A stretch of 64,000 bases of DNA from Eledone cirrhosa (Eukaryota): the NCBI GenBank assembly GCA_964016885.1, contig OZ024742.1:79298001-79362000 (forward strand). The letters are read 5' to 3'. The position numbers and the translations under genes are program-made. Below the pieces are notes generated by a model, which did not search any database, was not told the DNA's origin, and was given only the letters and a program-made list of their open reading frames with translations. Shown here one piece after another: positions 1-14,238 of the stretch. Numbering within the stretch: the first letter of the stretch is position 1; the number at the start of each line of letters is the position of its first letter.

Positions 1-504
1 CCCCCCCCCCCCCCTTTGAATATATACACACGCGCACACATTCGTGAAATCAATGTGTACGTTGACATTCGTGCATATTCATACAATGGCTTGTCAGAGC
101 TTTTTTCAAATGCATATCCATACATGTCAATACACCGTTTGTGTGTTGTCAACATCTAAAATACAATCACGGCATGCAGGGGAGAAAACTCCAGTAATAT
201 CAATTGAAACAAATTTGAGAAATAGTAGCAGTGTATTAAGAAATGCCCAGAGCTTGGTAGATAACACTTGAAAGCAACGGACATATTCTCCTCAGTTTAG
301 ATATGAAAAAAAAGAGAGTATATACGCATATTGAGTATATATGCACGTTTGTGTACGTGCGCATACACTCAAACACATACAATCGCGCATACACATATAC
401 ACACATACACACACACAAATATACATATATGACATAGAGGTGGACCATAACGCACGAGAGTACTCAATATTTAGGGTAGTAGAGTGGGTAATAAGAACAG
501 CGTT

Positions 505-612
505 AAGACCCCGACGGCTGAGCTCCGGCCGTTTCGGCAGCTAGACAACAAGTTCGGATCTAGCCGTTGAAACGGCCGGAGCTCAGACGTCGGGGTCTTG
601 ATTCTTTTCTTA
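505..612. repeat. Fold-back palindrome of a short repeat family (other copies 40013-40082 and 61545-61630)
   Basis: AAGACCCCGACG..CTGAGCTCCGGCCGTTTC..CTAGA pairs with TCTAG..GAAACGGCCGGAGCTCAG.CGTCGGGGTCTT; the same motif recurs at 40.0 kb (-) and 61.6 kb (+), each next to (TA)n. Confidence 0.85.
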
Positions 613-698
613 TATATATTTATATATATATCTTGACTGTTACTCATTCACGCACTCAGTATGTATATCGCTTTTTCCACATTACAAACACACACACA

Positions 699-780
<82 letters not shown>

Positions 781-1144
781 GAGAGAGAGAAGGGAAGAAA
801 AGAGTCAGACAGACATACACATTATAAGAGAAATTCTGACGTATCACAGCCATAGAAATTATTATAAATTACTTCTATACATTAGGAACTATAACATCCT
901 GGAAGATTTTCATAGAATACTTCTGTCAAAGATCTTTAATTCTAAGTAATCTAAAAAAATATATATATCATTTTAAAAATAGCATCACCACCTACAACTT
1001 TGCTTTTGGAAAGCTTTTAATAAGAGTGAAAGATTTCAAAGGTATGTCAGACAGTCAATGTATTGAAATATACTTAAACTCCGACCTATAGTCGGACATA
1101 TAATAAAATACAATTTCAAATAGTAGAAATTTAGTATTGTTCAT

Positions 1145-1267
<123 letters not shown>

Positions 1268-2175
1268 ATATAAAGAGACTTTTCCTACAATATCGAACGT
1301 TAATCTTATATATATCTTCATTTTACAGCCTTGTATACACACACACACACATTTGTATGTGTGTGATATGTGTATATATATATGTATACACACGTAGATA
1401 TATATGTACATATACATACATGTATACACACATATATGCATTTATACATATTTATTAATGTATATATATATGTGTGTGTATGTATATCCACTACATATAT
1501 ATATATGTGTGCGTGTGTGTGTATGTATTCAGCATGTGAGATTTGAAATAAGAAAAAGTAAAGGATATATGTAAATAGTAATATTTCTTATCTTATCTGT
1601 ATTTATTATGAATGAACTGTTTAAGTACGCAAGCAGACATATACGTGCATGTGTACGTCGTTGTATTTATATATCGTCTGCCTTATTCATTTAATATTGC
1701 AGATTACGCTCACCAGAAATATAAGATTTAAAAAAAAAAAACTTTCTTAGCGACTTCCTGATAACCATTATACTTGATACATTTGATAGAACATAATAAC
1801 ATAGATACAGGGGACAACAACGGAGTATCTATCGACTATGACACCAACTGAGTATAGAAACAAGTGACTGGAAACAGGACGGTATGTGGCACAGGGAAGT
1901 TGTGTAAATGGTAGTGCAAGATGGAGGGTGATATAATAAATATTTATAAAAATATTAAGTGTTGAAATGAGAGAAGAGTATACAACTGTCTTTTCTCTTT
2001 CAAAGCCAAGTAGTGAAAGAGTGAATTAAAGTAGCAGGAAATTGGGGATTAGTAACTGAGCATGCGTCAGCAAGCAGGAAGAAAGCAGGACGGGAGAGAC
2101 AAGGGAAAAGAGAAGGGAAGAGAAAGAAACTGATGGAGAAAGAGGGAGAAAGAAAATTTTCACGCTGGTAATCAA

Positions 2176-2348
2176 ACGTGCCCTTGGCAGTGGAGATTTC
2201 TGGTGTCCTTGGCCCTAGGGCTACCTCCCTACTCACCACCATAGGCGCTGAGCTAGCCCACCGTAGGTGTGAGCCTCGCGAGATGGAATAACTCTTCCAG
2301 CGCAACTCCCTTATCATCCTCCGGGGAAACGCCTTCTCCATTCCGTCC
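2176..2348 (+). mobile_element. CRE-clade non-LTR retrotransposon, C-terminal RLE-domain fragment
   Basis: Translates to VPLAVEISGVLGPRATSLLTTIGAELAHRRCEPREME*LFQRNSLIILRGNAF, matching the CRE-type PLAVET.G..G / QR.S....RGNA motif; closely similar to 49012-49340. Confidence 0.75.
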
Positions 2349-2863
2349 TATATAGAGAGATGGCATGGGCCAGAGAGATGGAGGCGATGGCGGTGGGGGT
2401 TCGGCTCTTCCATGTTCGGACACATTGTACCTGTCATGTGTATCATATGATAAGTTCATATTTTATGCCTCGATATAATTTCATTGTATATTCACACTCC
2501 CGATTTTTCAATATATCGGTAGAGTTGCTTCTTGGCTTGCATGTGAGTTATCTTTAGCATTCTCCAAACAGTTAATTAATCCACAAAGGAAAGCGTAGCA
2601 TTTTGGTAGTAATTAGTAGCAAAGGAGCTAGAGTGACTTGGTTAAAATCATTCTGGTCATGGCTACTCTCACATTTTAAAGGGTATCTAAAATTACATTA
2701 TTCGATTTCTCTTAAGGCGCAGATTGTTATTTTGCAGCTATTTCTAACAGGGTGTGCGGCTATGTACAAGCTCCACCTTTATTCATATATGAGGTTTTGG
2801 GAATATCGTTATGGCATCAGGTATTACAGTAAATAAAAAATAGATATGAAACCTTATTTCACT

Positions 2864-4555
2864 ATGTATGTATGTATGTATGTATGTATGTATGTATGTA
2901 TGTATGTATGTATGTATGTATGTATGTATGTTATCTCTTTCGCTTAATTTCGAGTATATTTTTGACTGGCCACCTTCCTGGTGGCAAGGTTGTAAAAGAA
3001 AAGAAATTGTCATCCCTTGAATCTCAAGAATGTTTTTCAAACTTTGAAGGTGCTGTATGTATGTATGTATGTATGTATGTATGTATGTATGTATGTATGT
3101 ATGTATGTATGTATGTATGTATGTTGTAAGGTCACCAGTTGGTGCTACTGGTAACATGTATCCCAGTACAACCTGTCCCATGGTCGGGTCGTTGGCGACT
3201 AAACTGGCAACCCCACCAAGGTTTCTTGGTGAGGGGGGTGACTTTCGACATCCTGCAGGACTAAAAACAAAACCTGTCAAAGGGCAAAGGAGCTCTTAAG
3301 AGTCAATGACCATTCAAAATCACCGGGAGAGATGACCCCTTAGCCTTTGTCAAGGCAGAATTCTAGGAGAAGGAAAACTCTGATATAACACCTGCAACCC
3401 TGATGGTATCCAATGATGTTGACTTGTTCTTCTTTTTGGTAAATATCATCTTGGTTAAGAGAGTGGGACTGGCTTTGTGCAGTGCCTTTGCTCACTATAA
3501 AAGCTTCACGGCACAGGCATTGCTTTATATCTGGAGATCTCTGATCTCTCTGCACTTGTCGTCACATGGTACCATGGGCCCAGCACTGTGTCAATAATTG
3601 TCACAAGTGTAGTGTTTGTACCAGAGTTTTCAAGTCGCTGGCTGGACTAAAAAGTCACACTTGTTCAGCGCATCGGTAGGGGTTCTCCTACATGGATATA
3701 AAGTAGTGGCCGTACTCGAAAACGAGTTGGCAGCCACCATGTATGTATGTATGTATGTATGTATGTATGTATGTATGTATGTATGTATGTATGTATGTAT
3801 GTATGTATGTATGTATGTATGTATGTATGTATGTATTTGGACACCCTGCGGGAAAAAATACAACACCCGGCAAACGACGGAGGAACTCAGCAGAGTCATG
3901 GCCATCCAAATAGTAATAGCACTTTTTTTTTTTTTTTTACACCTTGGAGTGAAAGGCCCCCAGTTGTCATAACACCTTTCTCAGAGAGGGAAACTCTGAA
4001 TAAAAACCTGCGGCTTCAGAAGCACCCGATTATGTTGACCAGTTCTCCTGTTCAGGTAGTGTTTTCAATGCTCAGAGAGTGGGATAGGTCGAGTGCAAGG
4101 CCTTTACCCCCTTAAAAATACATTAAAAGCACAGGCATTGCTTGTTCAGGATATATTACAGATTCGTGTGGCTGACCGTAGCCTACAAGTGCACCAAACA
4201 CTGTGATCTGACAAGCGATTGCAATACTCTTAGCAGAGTTTGCAACCATCATGTATGTATGCATGTATATCTTTCTGTCTATCTGTCTGTCTGTCAGCCT
4301 GTCTATCTGTCTGTATGTATGTATGCGCGGGAACGTGGAAATATTCGGTAGGATGTCTGAGCACATGGTTAACCCACCGGAAGTGAGATACCCCCAAGTT
4401 CTTGTTAGGACATCATTCTATGAGAAGGAAAACTCTGATGTAAAACCTGCGACTAGATGGCCGCCAATGATGTTAGCCTGTTCTTTCTTTTTGATACCTC
4501 TCACCGTTGTACAGACTGTAGAAATGTCTAATGCTAGGCCTTTCTCCACTTAAAC
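2864..4555 (+). mobile_element. Tandem array of short bipartite RTE-derived non-autonomous retroelements separated by (TATG)n tails
   Basis: Units at ~3124-3738, ~3836-4250 and ~4326-4555 share GAGA(A)GG(A)AAACTCTGA..AAACCTGC; the first two end GAGTT.GCA.CCA.CATGTATG; the first encodes HKCSVCTRVFKSLAGLKSH, like the RTE C2H2 finger at 35.6 kb. Confidence 0.65.
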
Positions 4556-4844
4556 AAGCTCCAAACATTAGCATCATTTGATCTAAACGATGTTTTATAT
4601 CCCTAAACCAGATCTTTTTTCCCAGTAGCGATTGAGTAAATGTTACTAATGACAGATAAAAACCCAGAAACAGCTGACTGTCATTCTCACTACTACTGGG
4701 ATAGCTGTGACATGATCAGAACCTTTTTTTTAATTCATAGCAGGCCTCTCGTATGATTATTATAAACAAATATACTTTTACGTGTGAGCATCGCCTTTTC
4801 TTTTTTCTTTCGCTGCAGCCACAGCCGGCACGTTTACTCTAGAG

Positions 4845-4915
4845 CAGAGGTTCTCAAACTTTTGGGGCCACCGCACCGCTTACGGCCAAGTAACACCCTT
4901 AGTGCCCCCTACCCT
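4845..4915 (+). mobile_element. hAT (Charlie-like) transposon left-end fragment
   Basis: CAGAGGTTCTCAAACTTTT terminus preceded by the 8-mer CTCTAGAG, a typical Charlie target; no right end found. Confidence 0.5.
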
Positions 4916-5093
4916 ATTTCCAGAGAGACCTGGCTACATGCAAATAGTAAATAATATATAATGAATACAATCGTAAATTTATATATAATAAATAATATAT
5001 ACCATGTATAAATAAAACCCTCTAAAAATAGAAAAGGATGATATTCACGTACATACGCACACACGCACGCACACACACACACACGTATATATA

Positions 5094-5132
<39 letters not shown>

Positions 5133-5137
<5 letters not shown>

Positions 5138-5340
5138 AATGAATATATGATAGGGATAAACACTGATACAAGTATACACGCGTTTTCATTGCAAATGACC
5201 AAGTTGGTCATTAGCAATGCAAACACATGTATACTTGTATCAGTGTTTATACCTATCATATATTCATTTGTATTACACGGCTCAGAAATATTCCTTTGTT
5301 TGAGCTATTTTATTGTAAAAGACTATTTGAGTGTATAACT
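5133..5340. repeat. Fold-back palindrome (5133-5271) plus unique tail, between (TA)n tracts
   Basis: TACAAATGAATATATGATAGG... is the reverse complement of ...CCTATCATATATTCATTTGTA; centre GACCAAGTTGGTC. Confidence 0.85.
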
Positions 5341-5372
5341 CTATATATAATATAATATATATATATATATAT

Positions 5373-5733
5373 ATCACATAAGAAACGGAGAATCAGTGTT
5401 GCGACGAATAAAATTTATTAGACATATTACAATCGTTTCTCTGGCGACCAGCTGGAGGCACGATCGATGTAATGATCGAACCTGTCACTGAAATTTTGGA
5501 AACTCCGCTTCGTAGAATCGAGACGTATCAGAGCACCTTGCGATTTCAGAGTCAGGTTCGATCATTACATCGATCGTGCTCCGAGCTGGTCGCCAGAGAA
5601 ACGATTGTAATATGTCTCATAAATTTTAAGCGTCGCACCACTGATTCTCCGTTTCTTATGTGATATCATACTTTGCTCTGTAAGAGCATCGGGTGCTCAA
5701 ACGGCCTACCGCTTACGGACGCTTTAAGCATCC
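5373..5733 (+). mobile_element. Fold-back element (palindrome 5373-5666 plus tail), same family as 18726-19290
   Basis: ~120-bp inverted arms ATATCACATAAGAAACGGAGAATCAGTG... / ...CACTGATTCTCCGTTTCTTATGTGATAT; contains GAAACGATTGTA; tail ...ACGGCCTACCGC.TACGGACGCTTTAAGCATCC is shared with the 19.2-kb copy. Confidence 0.85.
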
Positions 5734-5742
5734 CAAACCAAT

Positions 5743-5800
<58 letters not shown>

Positions 5801-5869
5801 AATAAATATATATATATATGTATAAAGGAGGATCGATCGACTTTCGTCAAATCAGACCGAGCAAACAGT

Positions 5870-6045
5870 GTTTTCGTCGGTCTTTCCAGTTGCTAATACT
5901 ATCTATCGGCCGCAACTCCAGGTAGAAGGAGCAACGTTAAATAAAATGTATTGCTCAAGGACATAACGCATCGCCCGGTCCAGGAACCGAACTCACAATC
6001 TCAAGATTGTGAATCTACTTCTCTAACCACTCAGCCGCACGCCTT
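5870..6045 (-). mobile_element. tRNA-derived SINE
   Basis: Minus strand reads GGCGTGCGGCTGAGTGGTTAG (A box)...GAGTTCGGTTCC (B box)...GTCCTTGAGCAA; similar to 20706-20980 and 52258-52372. Confidence 0.7.
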
Positions 6046-6066
6046 CACACACACACACATACACAC

Positions 6067-6098
<32 letters not shown>

Positions 6099-6382
6099 GT
6101 ATAGACATATATATATATATATGTATATATATGTATATATATATATATATTATTTTGTTTGACTTCTTTGGCTTGCCTCGTCTTTTTGGCTTAGGTGGTT
6201 GATGGCTTCTTGACCGCCATCTCAGTTTGTTTGGCCTTTATAACTTATGTTTATTGCTCTGGGCTTTATTTGGTCCATGGAGCGCTTGCCAGCATAACTC
6301 GGATATTGCGTTTCGCTTTGTTTTCAACCACAGCCGAAATCCGATCGCGCTGAAATTATATTTATATTTATATTTATATTTG

Positions 6383-6468
<86 letters not shown>

Positions 6469-6759
6469 AATGTGGAGAGGAAGCACACGAGTTAGGATAT
6501 ATATATATGAAAACAGGGAAATAGATAAATAAATGCCATTTTTAAATAATAAATAAATCAGCTAATACCTTAACACTTCACACAAAGTAAAACATTTCGT
6601 TTTAATCATTTTCTAACCCAGAAAAAAGAGAGAGAGAAACAAAAAACGAAAAAGAAATATTTTTCTTCCTAATAATCGTCTCTTTCTCCCTGTTTTCATA
6701 TGATGATTTCAAATGAATGAAACAGTTCTAGTCCTGTAGAATCTCATCTATATTAAAAC

Positions 6760-6792
<33 letters not shown>

Positions 6793-6801
6793 GATATGAT
6801 A

Positions 6802-6933
<132 letters not shown>

Positions 6934-6944
6934 TTATATATATA

Positions 6945-6986
<42 letters not shown>

Positions 6987-9984
6987 TATATATATATATT
7001 TGAATTGCATTTTCTCTAATTTTGTAAACAAAGCTATAATTATAATGAAAACAATAGAAGATGGTCGGTGTTTTGGATTTCTATGAGACAGGTTTATTCC
7101 GCTTTGTGTCCGTACTCCACTTTATACAAGATTAGTAAGAACAATACAAATATGAACATAAAGGAAAGTCCATTCAGATCGTAATATGCAGGAGGTCTTT
7201 CAAATTCAGTTTATTTGTTCTATTTTTCTTTTTAGCTTCAGGAATATAATAATGTGGTTCAAGGATAAATATTTTAAGTATTCAAAATCATTTTTTTGTT
7301 TTTATCTTTATGCTTTGAAATAACCACTGGTGACTCATTTTCCTTTCGAAATTAAAAACATTTCACTGCGAATATTGCTCACATATTGATTACATTAACA
7401 GGAGCCCACCTTGATGTAGGTACTCATGCCAGCTTTCGATTTGAAAATATCTTCGTTCTTTCCTTCCTGCTCTTCCGCCTTCCTTCCTCACTTAACCACT
7501 TTCAAAAACCCCTAAAAGGATCATATTTACTGACTTTCTCTCTTTGACAAAAAAGTAAAACACGAAGAAACTATTGTTTAACATTCATTGCTTGTTAATT
7601 ACTTATTTAATATTGGTAATTCTATTACTATTGGACATCTTACAGCTGCAAGGATTCATTTATGTTCTTGTTGCTGTACTCTTTGTTATTATTATTGTTA
7701 TTGTTGTTATTGTTAACTTAATATTGTGGAAAACCCCACTAAAACGCAATCTTATTGTTAATATCATTGATTATCCAATATAAATCACATTTACTTCAAG
7801 TTTCTAATGACGTTGAAAGATGTCATATGGACACTTGAACTTGCCAATAACATTGTTTACGTTGATTTCAATTTAGTGGCTGCCATTCTGGTTCCTTTTG
7901 CTGTCAACACTTTGTTTGACATTTTCCTTGATCGAGGTGTTTTTGATATTTATTGTTATTGTTATTAATAATAATAAAATAATAATAATGATAAAAACGA
8001 TGATGATAATGATGATGATGATGAGGTTGATGATGAGATTGATGATGATGAGGTTGATGATGATGATGATGATGATGATGATATTTATTTATACTTCTAA
8101 TAAAAAAAACAACAAAAAAAAAACAACTGAAGTTGAGGCTATTGGAAATTACAAATAATCTTTCTTTGCATCAGGTTTGAAGTCTTCCGACATAAAGCAC
8201 TTTCCTTAGGATAAAAGAAGTTCTCAGTAATGCAATCTCCTTTATTTTTCTTAATGCTTGTATATATTTGAAGTTGTTTTGTGTAAAATAGAAGTGCTTC
8301 AGGAATTGAACCTTTGTACTTTAGTTTGTTTTATCCCTCACGAGTAAAGCTACTGTGAGACACCCCTACATCACTTTCTATTAATGGTATCATATGTTTC
8401 CCTCCTTCTCCACGATTTGAAGAGTTCGAAAAGGAATTGTGAATAATTCTCATTTGTTTTCTCAAGTTATAGCAATGCCGATTAGACCATATCCATTTGT
8501 TTTATTTTTTTCAACAATCACAATAACAAAGTATTATGATGTTATCCTATATGCATCCATGCAAATGGATGCGGTTTAGTTGAATGGTTACAAATTTCTT
8601 TTCTCAGACGTTATGTCTTGGAACATGTTTCATATAGAATACCGTCGGGTCGAGTCAAGTATTCTGAGGGAAATTTCATAGACGCACTGTACAATGTAAA
8701 TCAAACATACTCCTTTGTCACTTACTCTGTCACACTAACTCTGCCTGGGAATTACGTTAAGCGCATACTTGGCCGTGAAATAATCAACCCCATACACGTT
8801 AATTCATGAGTTGGTTGTTCAGTTGAACGAATAACTGAATGCTCATCGTTGAAGATCACGGAAAATACAATATGCATAAGGAATTCCTAGAGGTTTTGCT
8901 TTGTTATTTTCTACTACCTTAATGACTAAATATAAAGGAATACTTCTTCAGTAATGTTGATATGCGATTTTGTGGAAATGTTCAGAGAACTACTACAGAA
9001 CGTAGAATATAAGCATCTTGGAGTTGATTTTTTGTCGTAGTTGCGGGTGGTGTAGTTTATCTCCCAGTCAGCCACGAGAAATGACATCTATCGGGAAGAT
9101 AAGAGATGACACGTCAGGTTGAGAGCGGGATGGTGATTGGATGGATGAGCGAATGAGAAGAACGAGATCGAAGACTAAAAGACTGGAAGAGGGTTGGCGA
9201 GATCCTGTATTTTTACCTAATTAGATCAAAAGATTGGCTTGATGAATGATGATTGATGGGAGTATTAACCTCTAGGTGAATTTTGAATTTCATTGTGAGT
9301 TTAAACATTTTTCGTGTTTTGTGTTTGGCTATCTTACATTTTCGATTTTATTGAATTGAAGTTCCAACATATTGCTAGGAATGGTTGAGCACTAATTGCT
9401 TGAATATTATTCTTCCAGAGTAGATCGCTATCTATTTATTAATTTCAAGAACGTCATTATTCCGTGTGTCATAATTCTCGATTATCATTGGTTCATAGGT
9501 TTCAAACGACTCCGCCCACCTCAACGACGTCAAACTGAAATTAATATGCATAATGCAAATGAGGGAGTGAGAGGGGAGTGTGTGAACGCTGTGTTCAATA
9601 ACTATTAACATGTGTGCGTGTGTATGTACTTGCGCGTATGTTTATGTGTGTGTGCGTGCGTGCAGCGTTCCACAGAAAGTAAAAACTATCAACATGTGTG
9701 AGTGTGTGCGTGTGTAAGTTTGCGTGCGTGTGTGCGTTTCCATGCATGTAAGTGTGTGGCGTTCCACAATCGCCACGCAATTTATCTGTCTGTGTGCCTG
9801 TCTGCTAGTCTAACATACACAGAGTTGTGAAAGAAGCAAATAGGGACCTTTCTTTACATTGCCGAACATCTTTTATATTTATTATTGTGTCATTGTTAAT
9901 ACACAATGTATTTGTGTCAGTGTAGAGACATGTGTGTGTGAGATGTGTGTGGTAATAAGAGGGGTAGGAAAGCAATAACTATTA

Positions 9985-12900
9985 ATGAAGAGGAGCTGGT
10001 TGAACGCCAACGAAACACGAGCCAAGCAGCGACGGCGTGCTGCGAAGGTTGAAGACGAACTGGCTGAGCATCATCAGCAGATGTCCAGAATTCAGCAACA
10101 ACGGCGTGCTGCGATGGATGAAGAGGAGCTGGTTGAACAGCGCCAGCGCAATACAGAAGTTCAGAGAATATGCCGCCAAAGTGCTCCTCATTCCAGTAAA
10201 GAGGCCAGAAGGCGAAAGAATGATATTAAAAATGGATCATGGCAACCGTGTCATTTTCAGATTGGTGGACGAGCAGAGTGCCCACATTGTGGAGCATTGA
10301 TTTAGAGGCACGAAAAGATGTGGACCACAATGTGCTGTCATAAAGGAGCAGTTCAACTAGAACCCTTGCGAATGCCGGATGATGAGGAGTCACCGGAGTT
10401 TAAAATACTAAGTATGTGGGGTGATGAAGGAGACCGAGGTAGATTACTGAGCAAATATTCGCGGCAAATTAACAATTCATTAGCTTTAGCATCGCAGAGA
10501 GTTAGTGAGATGTTTGAGAATGGAGCATGGCAACCGAATGTAGTCATTCAAGGCCGTTTGTAACATTGTATCGGTAATTTAGAAATTACCCCAGGAGAGA
10601 GGCCTCGATTCGCTCAAATTTACGTTAACGATCCAGATTATAGTGAATCGGAGGAGGATATCAGGATCAGTTGGATGAAGTTGCCGGGAAATATAACTGA
10701 ACTTGAACGGCAAAGGTTAAGTGATTTGATCCGTCATTTGCAATCATGGCTTAGACAGTGTAATCCTTATGTTATGGATTTCATGTTGGTGGCTGAACTG
10801 CAAAATGTTCAGCAGCAAACATTGGTGATTAAGGCTGACGCAGTGCCAAGGAATCAACACGAACGGCGATATAATGCCCCTGAAGGATTTCGTGAAGATG
10901 CTGTGTTGATGGACGATAAGCCTGGATCGAGAGATATCGTCCTCAATCGCAGAGATGGTGGTCTCAAGACTCTCAATGAGTCAAATAGGGCATACGATCC
11001 ATTGCATTATGTTCTTTTATTCCCAAAAGGTGAAAATGGATGGAACATGTCTGTTCATTTAGATGATCATGAGAATCAGCATCAACAGGGAGGTGGCAAT
11101 AGACACAATAATTCGATTCGCGACTTTTACGCGTTCCATTTGAACGAGAGGAATCAACAGAGAAATGCGCTATTTCAAGCCAGCAGATTGTTCCAGGAAT
11201 ACTGTTGTATGGCATTCGCAAAGATCGAAAATGAAAGGCTAAATTATATAGCTACACATCAGCAACATATCAGAGCTGAATTATATAATAATATACAGGA
11301 TGCGATAACAGTCGATGATGCCAATTACAAGCGAATTGGTCGACGCATCATTTTGCCATCGACGTTCATCGGCGGCCCGATATATATGAACATTCGCTAT
11401 CAGGATGTAATGGCTATTGTCAGAAAGTTTGGAAAGCCAGATTTGTTTATAACGGTTGCATGCAATCCCGAATGGACTGATATTAAGGATGCACTTTTGC
11501 CAGGACAACAGCCAAAGGACCGTCCTGATGTTGTGCACTACGCAACTTGGTGGCAGAGTCAATGGTGCACAACCAATGCGGAGTGGCAAATCTAAAAGCG
11601 CCTTGCAGTAAGCACTTTTCGAAATCTTTTGCCACGAACACTTCCTGGTACGATGGGGATGCTCATCCCTTATACAGAAGACGGTCGCCTGCAGATGGCG
11701 GTTTGGTTGAAAATGTAAACGGTCGACAGGTTACAAATCAATGGGTTGTGCCATACAATCCATATTTGATTATGAAATATCGTTGTCATATTAATGTGAA
11801 AATTTGTAGCTCAGTGAAAGCTTGCAAATATCTATTCAAATATGTTTACAAAGGTCATGATCGGCCAATGATCACTGTCAGGAATAAGAAAACGAACCAA
11901 GGAGACGGAGTTGGCAGGTTCCAGGATGTTCGCTCGATTGGATCTAGCGAAGCTTGCTGGAGATTGTTCGATTTTTATCTCAATGAACGCAAACCAAGCG
12001 TTCAGAAACTGACGGTTCACTTAGAGAATAGGCAAATGGTCTGTTCTCAGGACACTAGAAGAGGTGTCGAAAGAATTGCTAACGCACCACCTCCTAAGAC
12101 GGAATTAACTGAGTGGTTCAAGCATAATGGGGAACATGCTTTGAACCCGGATCAAAGGCAACTCTACTGCGATTTTCCTTCGCACTATACGTGAAAGGAA
12201 AGAAATGGAATTATAGAAAAAAAAAGTTGAGATTCATGACAATTGGACGGGTTTGTAATGTCCATCCAGCATCTGGTGATGTGTTTTATCTCCGAATTCT
12301 GTTGCATAATGATTTTTCGAGAGGTAAACAGAGCTTCGCTGATTTGTAAACAATCAATGGCGTGGAATATGAAACATACCAGGCTGTATGTCAGCATCTG
12401 GGACTCCTTCGGGATGACGCTGAATGGAATAACGCCATGGAAGCTGCAGGAACAACACAGATGCCAGCTCAAATAAGGCAGTTGTTTGTCACGATTCTAG
12501 GATTCTGCAATCCTGCCGATCCAAGAGAGTTATTTGAACGCCATTGGGGAATTATGGCTGATGATTTTAGGCATCATCTTCAGGTCGATAATGAAAATTT
12601 GATGAAAGCTATTGTTTTGCTCAATATTGAGGAAATGCTTGAAGTTCATTTCAAATGTTTAACAGATTTCAATTTGCCAATTCCTGATGAAGAAATGCGG
12701 CAACGTGTCATAGCATTGAACACGAGATTGCAGCTTAGACGGTTGCCACTCGATCGGAGTGAACTGCTCCAGTTTGATCCACTGGAACAGCAACGTATTG
12801 TGGATGAACGTATGCCAATGTTGACCTAATCTCAGAGAGAATTCAGCGATGGCGTTCTCCACTCGATTTCCACTAATGAGCAACTTTGTGCTTTCATAGA

Positions 12901-14200
12901 TGCTCCAGGAGGCACCGGAAATACATTCTGTTTCAACACTATGTTATCGACAGTCAGAGCTCAGAGGAAGATTGCTCTTCCTGTGGTCACCAGTGGGATC
13001 ACTGACACTCTGCTGAGTGGTGGAAGGACCTTCCACTCATGCTTCAAGGCTCCATTGGCTCCGGATGAGTTGAGTGTCTGTAACATTACAGGACAAAGTG
13101 AACACGCGGGCCTTATACGCTATACGTCTCTGATTATTTGGGACGAGGCTCCAATGGCACACATATATTTGCTGGAGGCATTGGACAGACCATTGAGAGA
13201 TATCTGCGGTAGTGACCTGCCATTCGGTGGTAAGACTATCGTTCTTGGTGGCGATTTCAGACAGGTGCTACCAATTGTTAGGAATGCTCAAAGTGCGCAA
13301 ATTGTCGATGCATGTCTGAAAAAGTCCCCGTTATGGCGCCATTTCAGAGTTTTGCGATTACACGATAATATGCGACTTCGTATGTTCGGGCAAAACGAAG
13401 AGGCTGAGACATATGGTTGATGCAATTGGGAAACGATGAATTGCCACACGTTGGGGATAATCAGACTGTAAGAATCCCAGACCATTTGGTCATGCCACTG
13501 GACCGCCAAGCATTGATTGACAGGGTGTTCCCTAATTTGAATGCTTTTTGGCAGAATATCTCCTGGATATCGGAACGCGTTATTCTAACTCATACGAATG
13601 CAACGGTCGATGAAATAAATTCACAAGTTGCCGGAATGTTTCCTGGAGAGGAATGGTTGACCGCCAGTGCGGATGCAATGGAGCCTAATCAGCAGAATAA
13701 TATGGATGTTCCGACAGAGTATCTGAATTCACTTCAAATACCCGGATTCCCCCTCATATTTTGAGGTTGAAAAAGGGTATGCCGATTATATTACTTAGAA
13801 ATATCAATCATAAAATGGATCTTTGCGTTGGTACCAGATTGATTGTTGAGAGATTGATTAACGGGAGAGTTTTAGAAGCTAAACTCCCAGGCAGAGAGGA
13901 ATCGGTTCTCATTCCGAGGATCATGCTGAGACCAAGTGAAGATCTGCTGCCATTCATTTGGCAAAGGAGACAGTTTCCCGTCAATTTGCCCTTCTCCATG
14001 ACTGTCAAGAAGGCACAGGGACAGACTTTCAAGCGAGTCGGTGTCTACTTGAATGATCCAGCATTCAGCCATGGGCAACTCTATGTTGCTGCATCTCGAG
14101 TGTGCGATCCTGATGGTATAAAATTTGCAATTGATACCACTACCAGAGGAACAACCCTGAATATTGTCTATAATGAAGCTTGTGCTCATGTATGCATATC
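9985..14200 (+). pseudogene. Helitron RepHel transposase (Zn finger, Rep, PIF1-like SF1 helicase), disrupted
   Basis: Motifs CPHCGA..CCHKG, YDPLHYVLLFPKGE.GW, ILPSTFIGGP, GKPDLFIT..CNP.W, WVVPYNP, KYLFKYVYKG, DAPGGTGNT, IIWDEAPM, GGDFRQVLP, RRQFP, QGQT, FSHGQLYVAASRV; several stops and frameshifts. Confidence 0.95.
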
Positions 14201-14238
14201 TGTAATGCTATCAATAAGCGACGTAAATGATTCGGAAA

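Noticed and set aside
5960-6045. tRNA gene candidates (also 47552 and 52300)
   Set aside because: They have A/B boxes but no complete cloverleaf, and they continue into SINE-like bodies.
7350-9350. Complex non-repetitive sequence that might be host exons or old LINE/LTR remnants
   Set aside because: No sustained ORF, recognisable motif or convincing splice pair.
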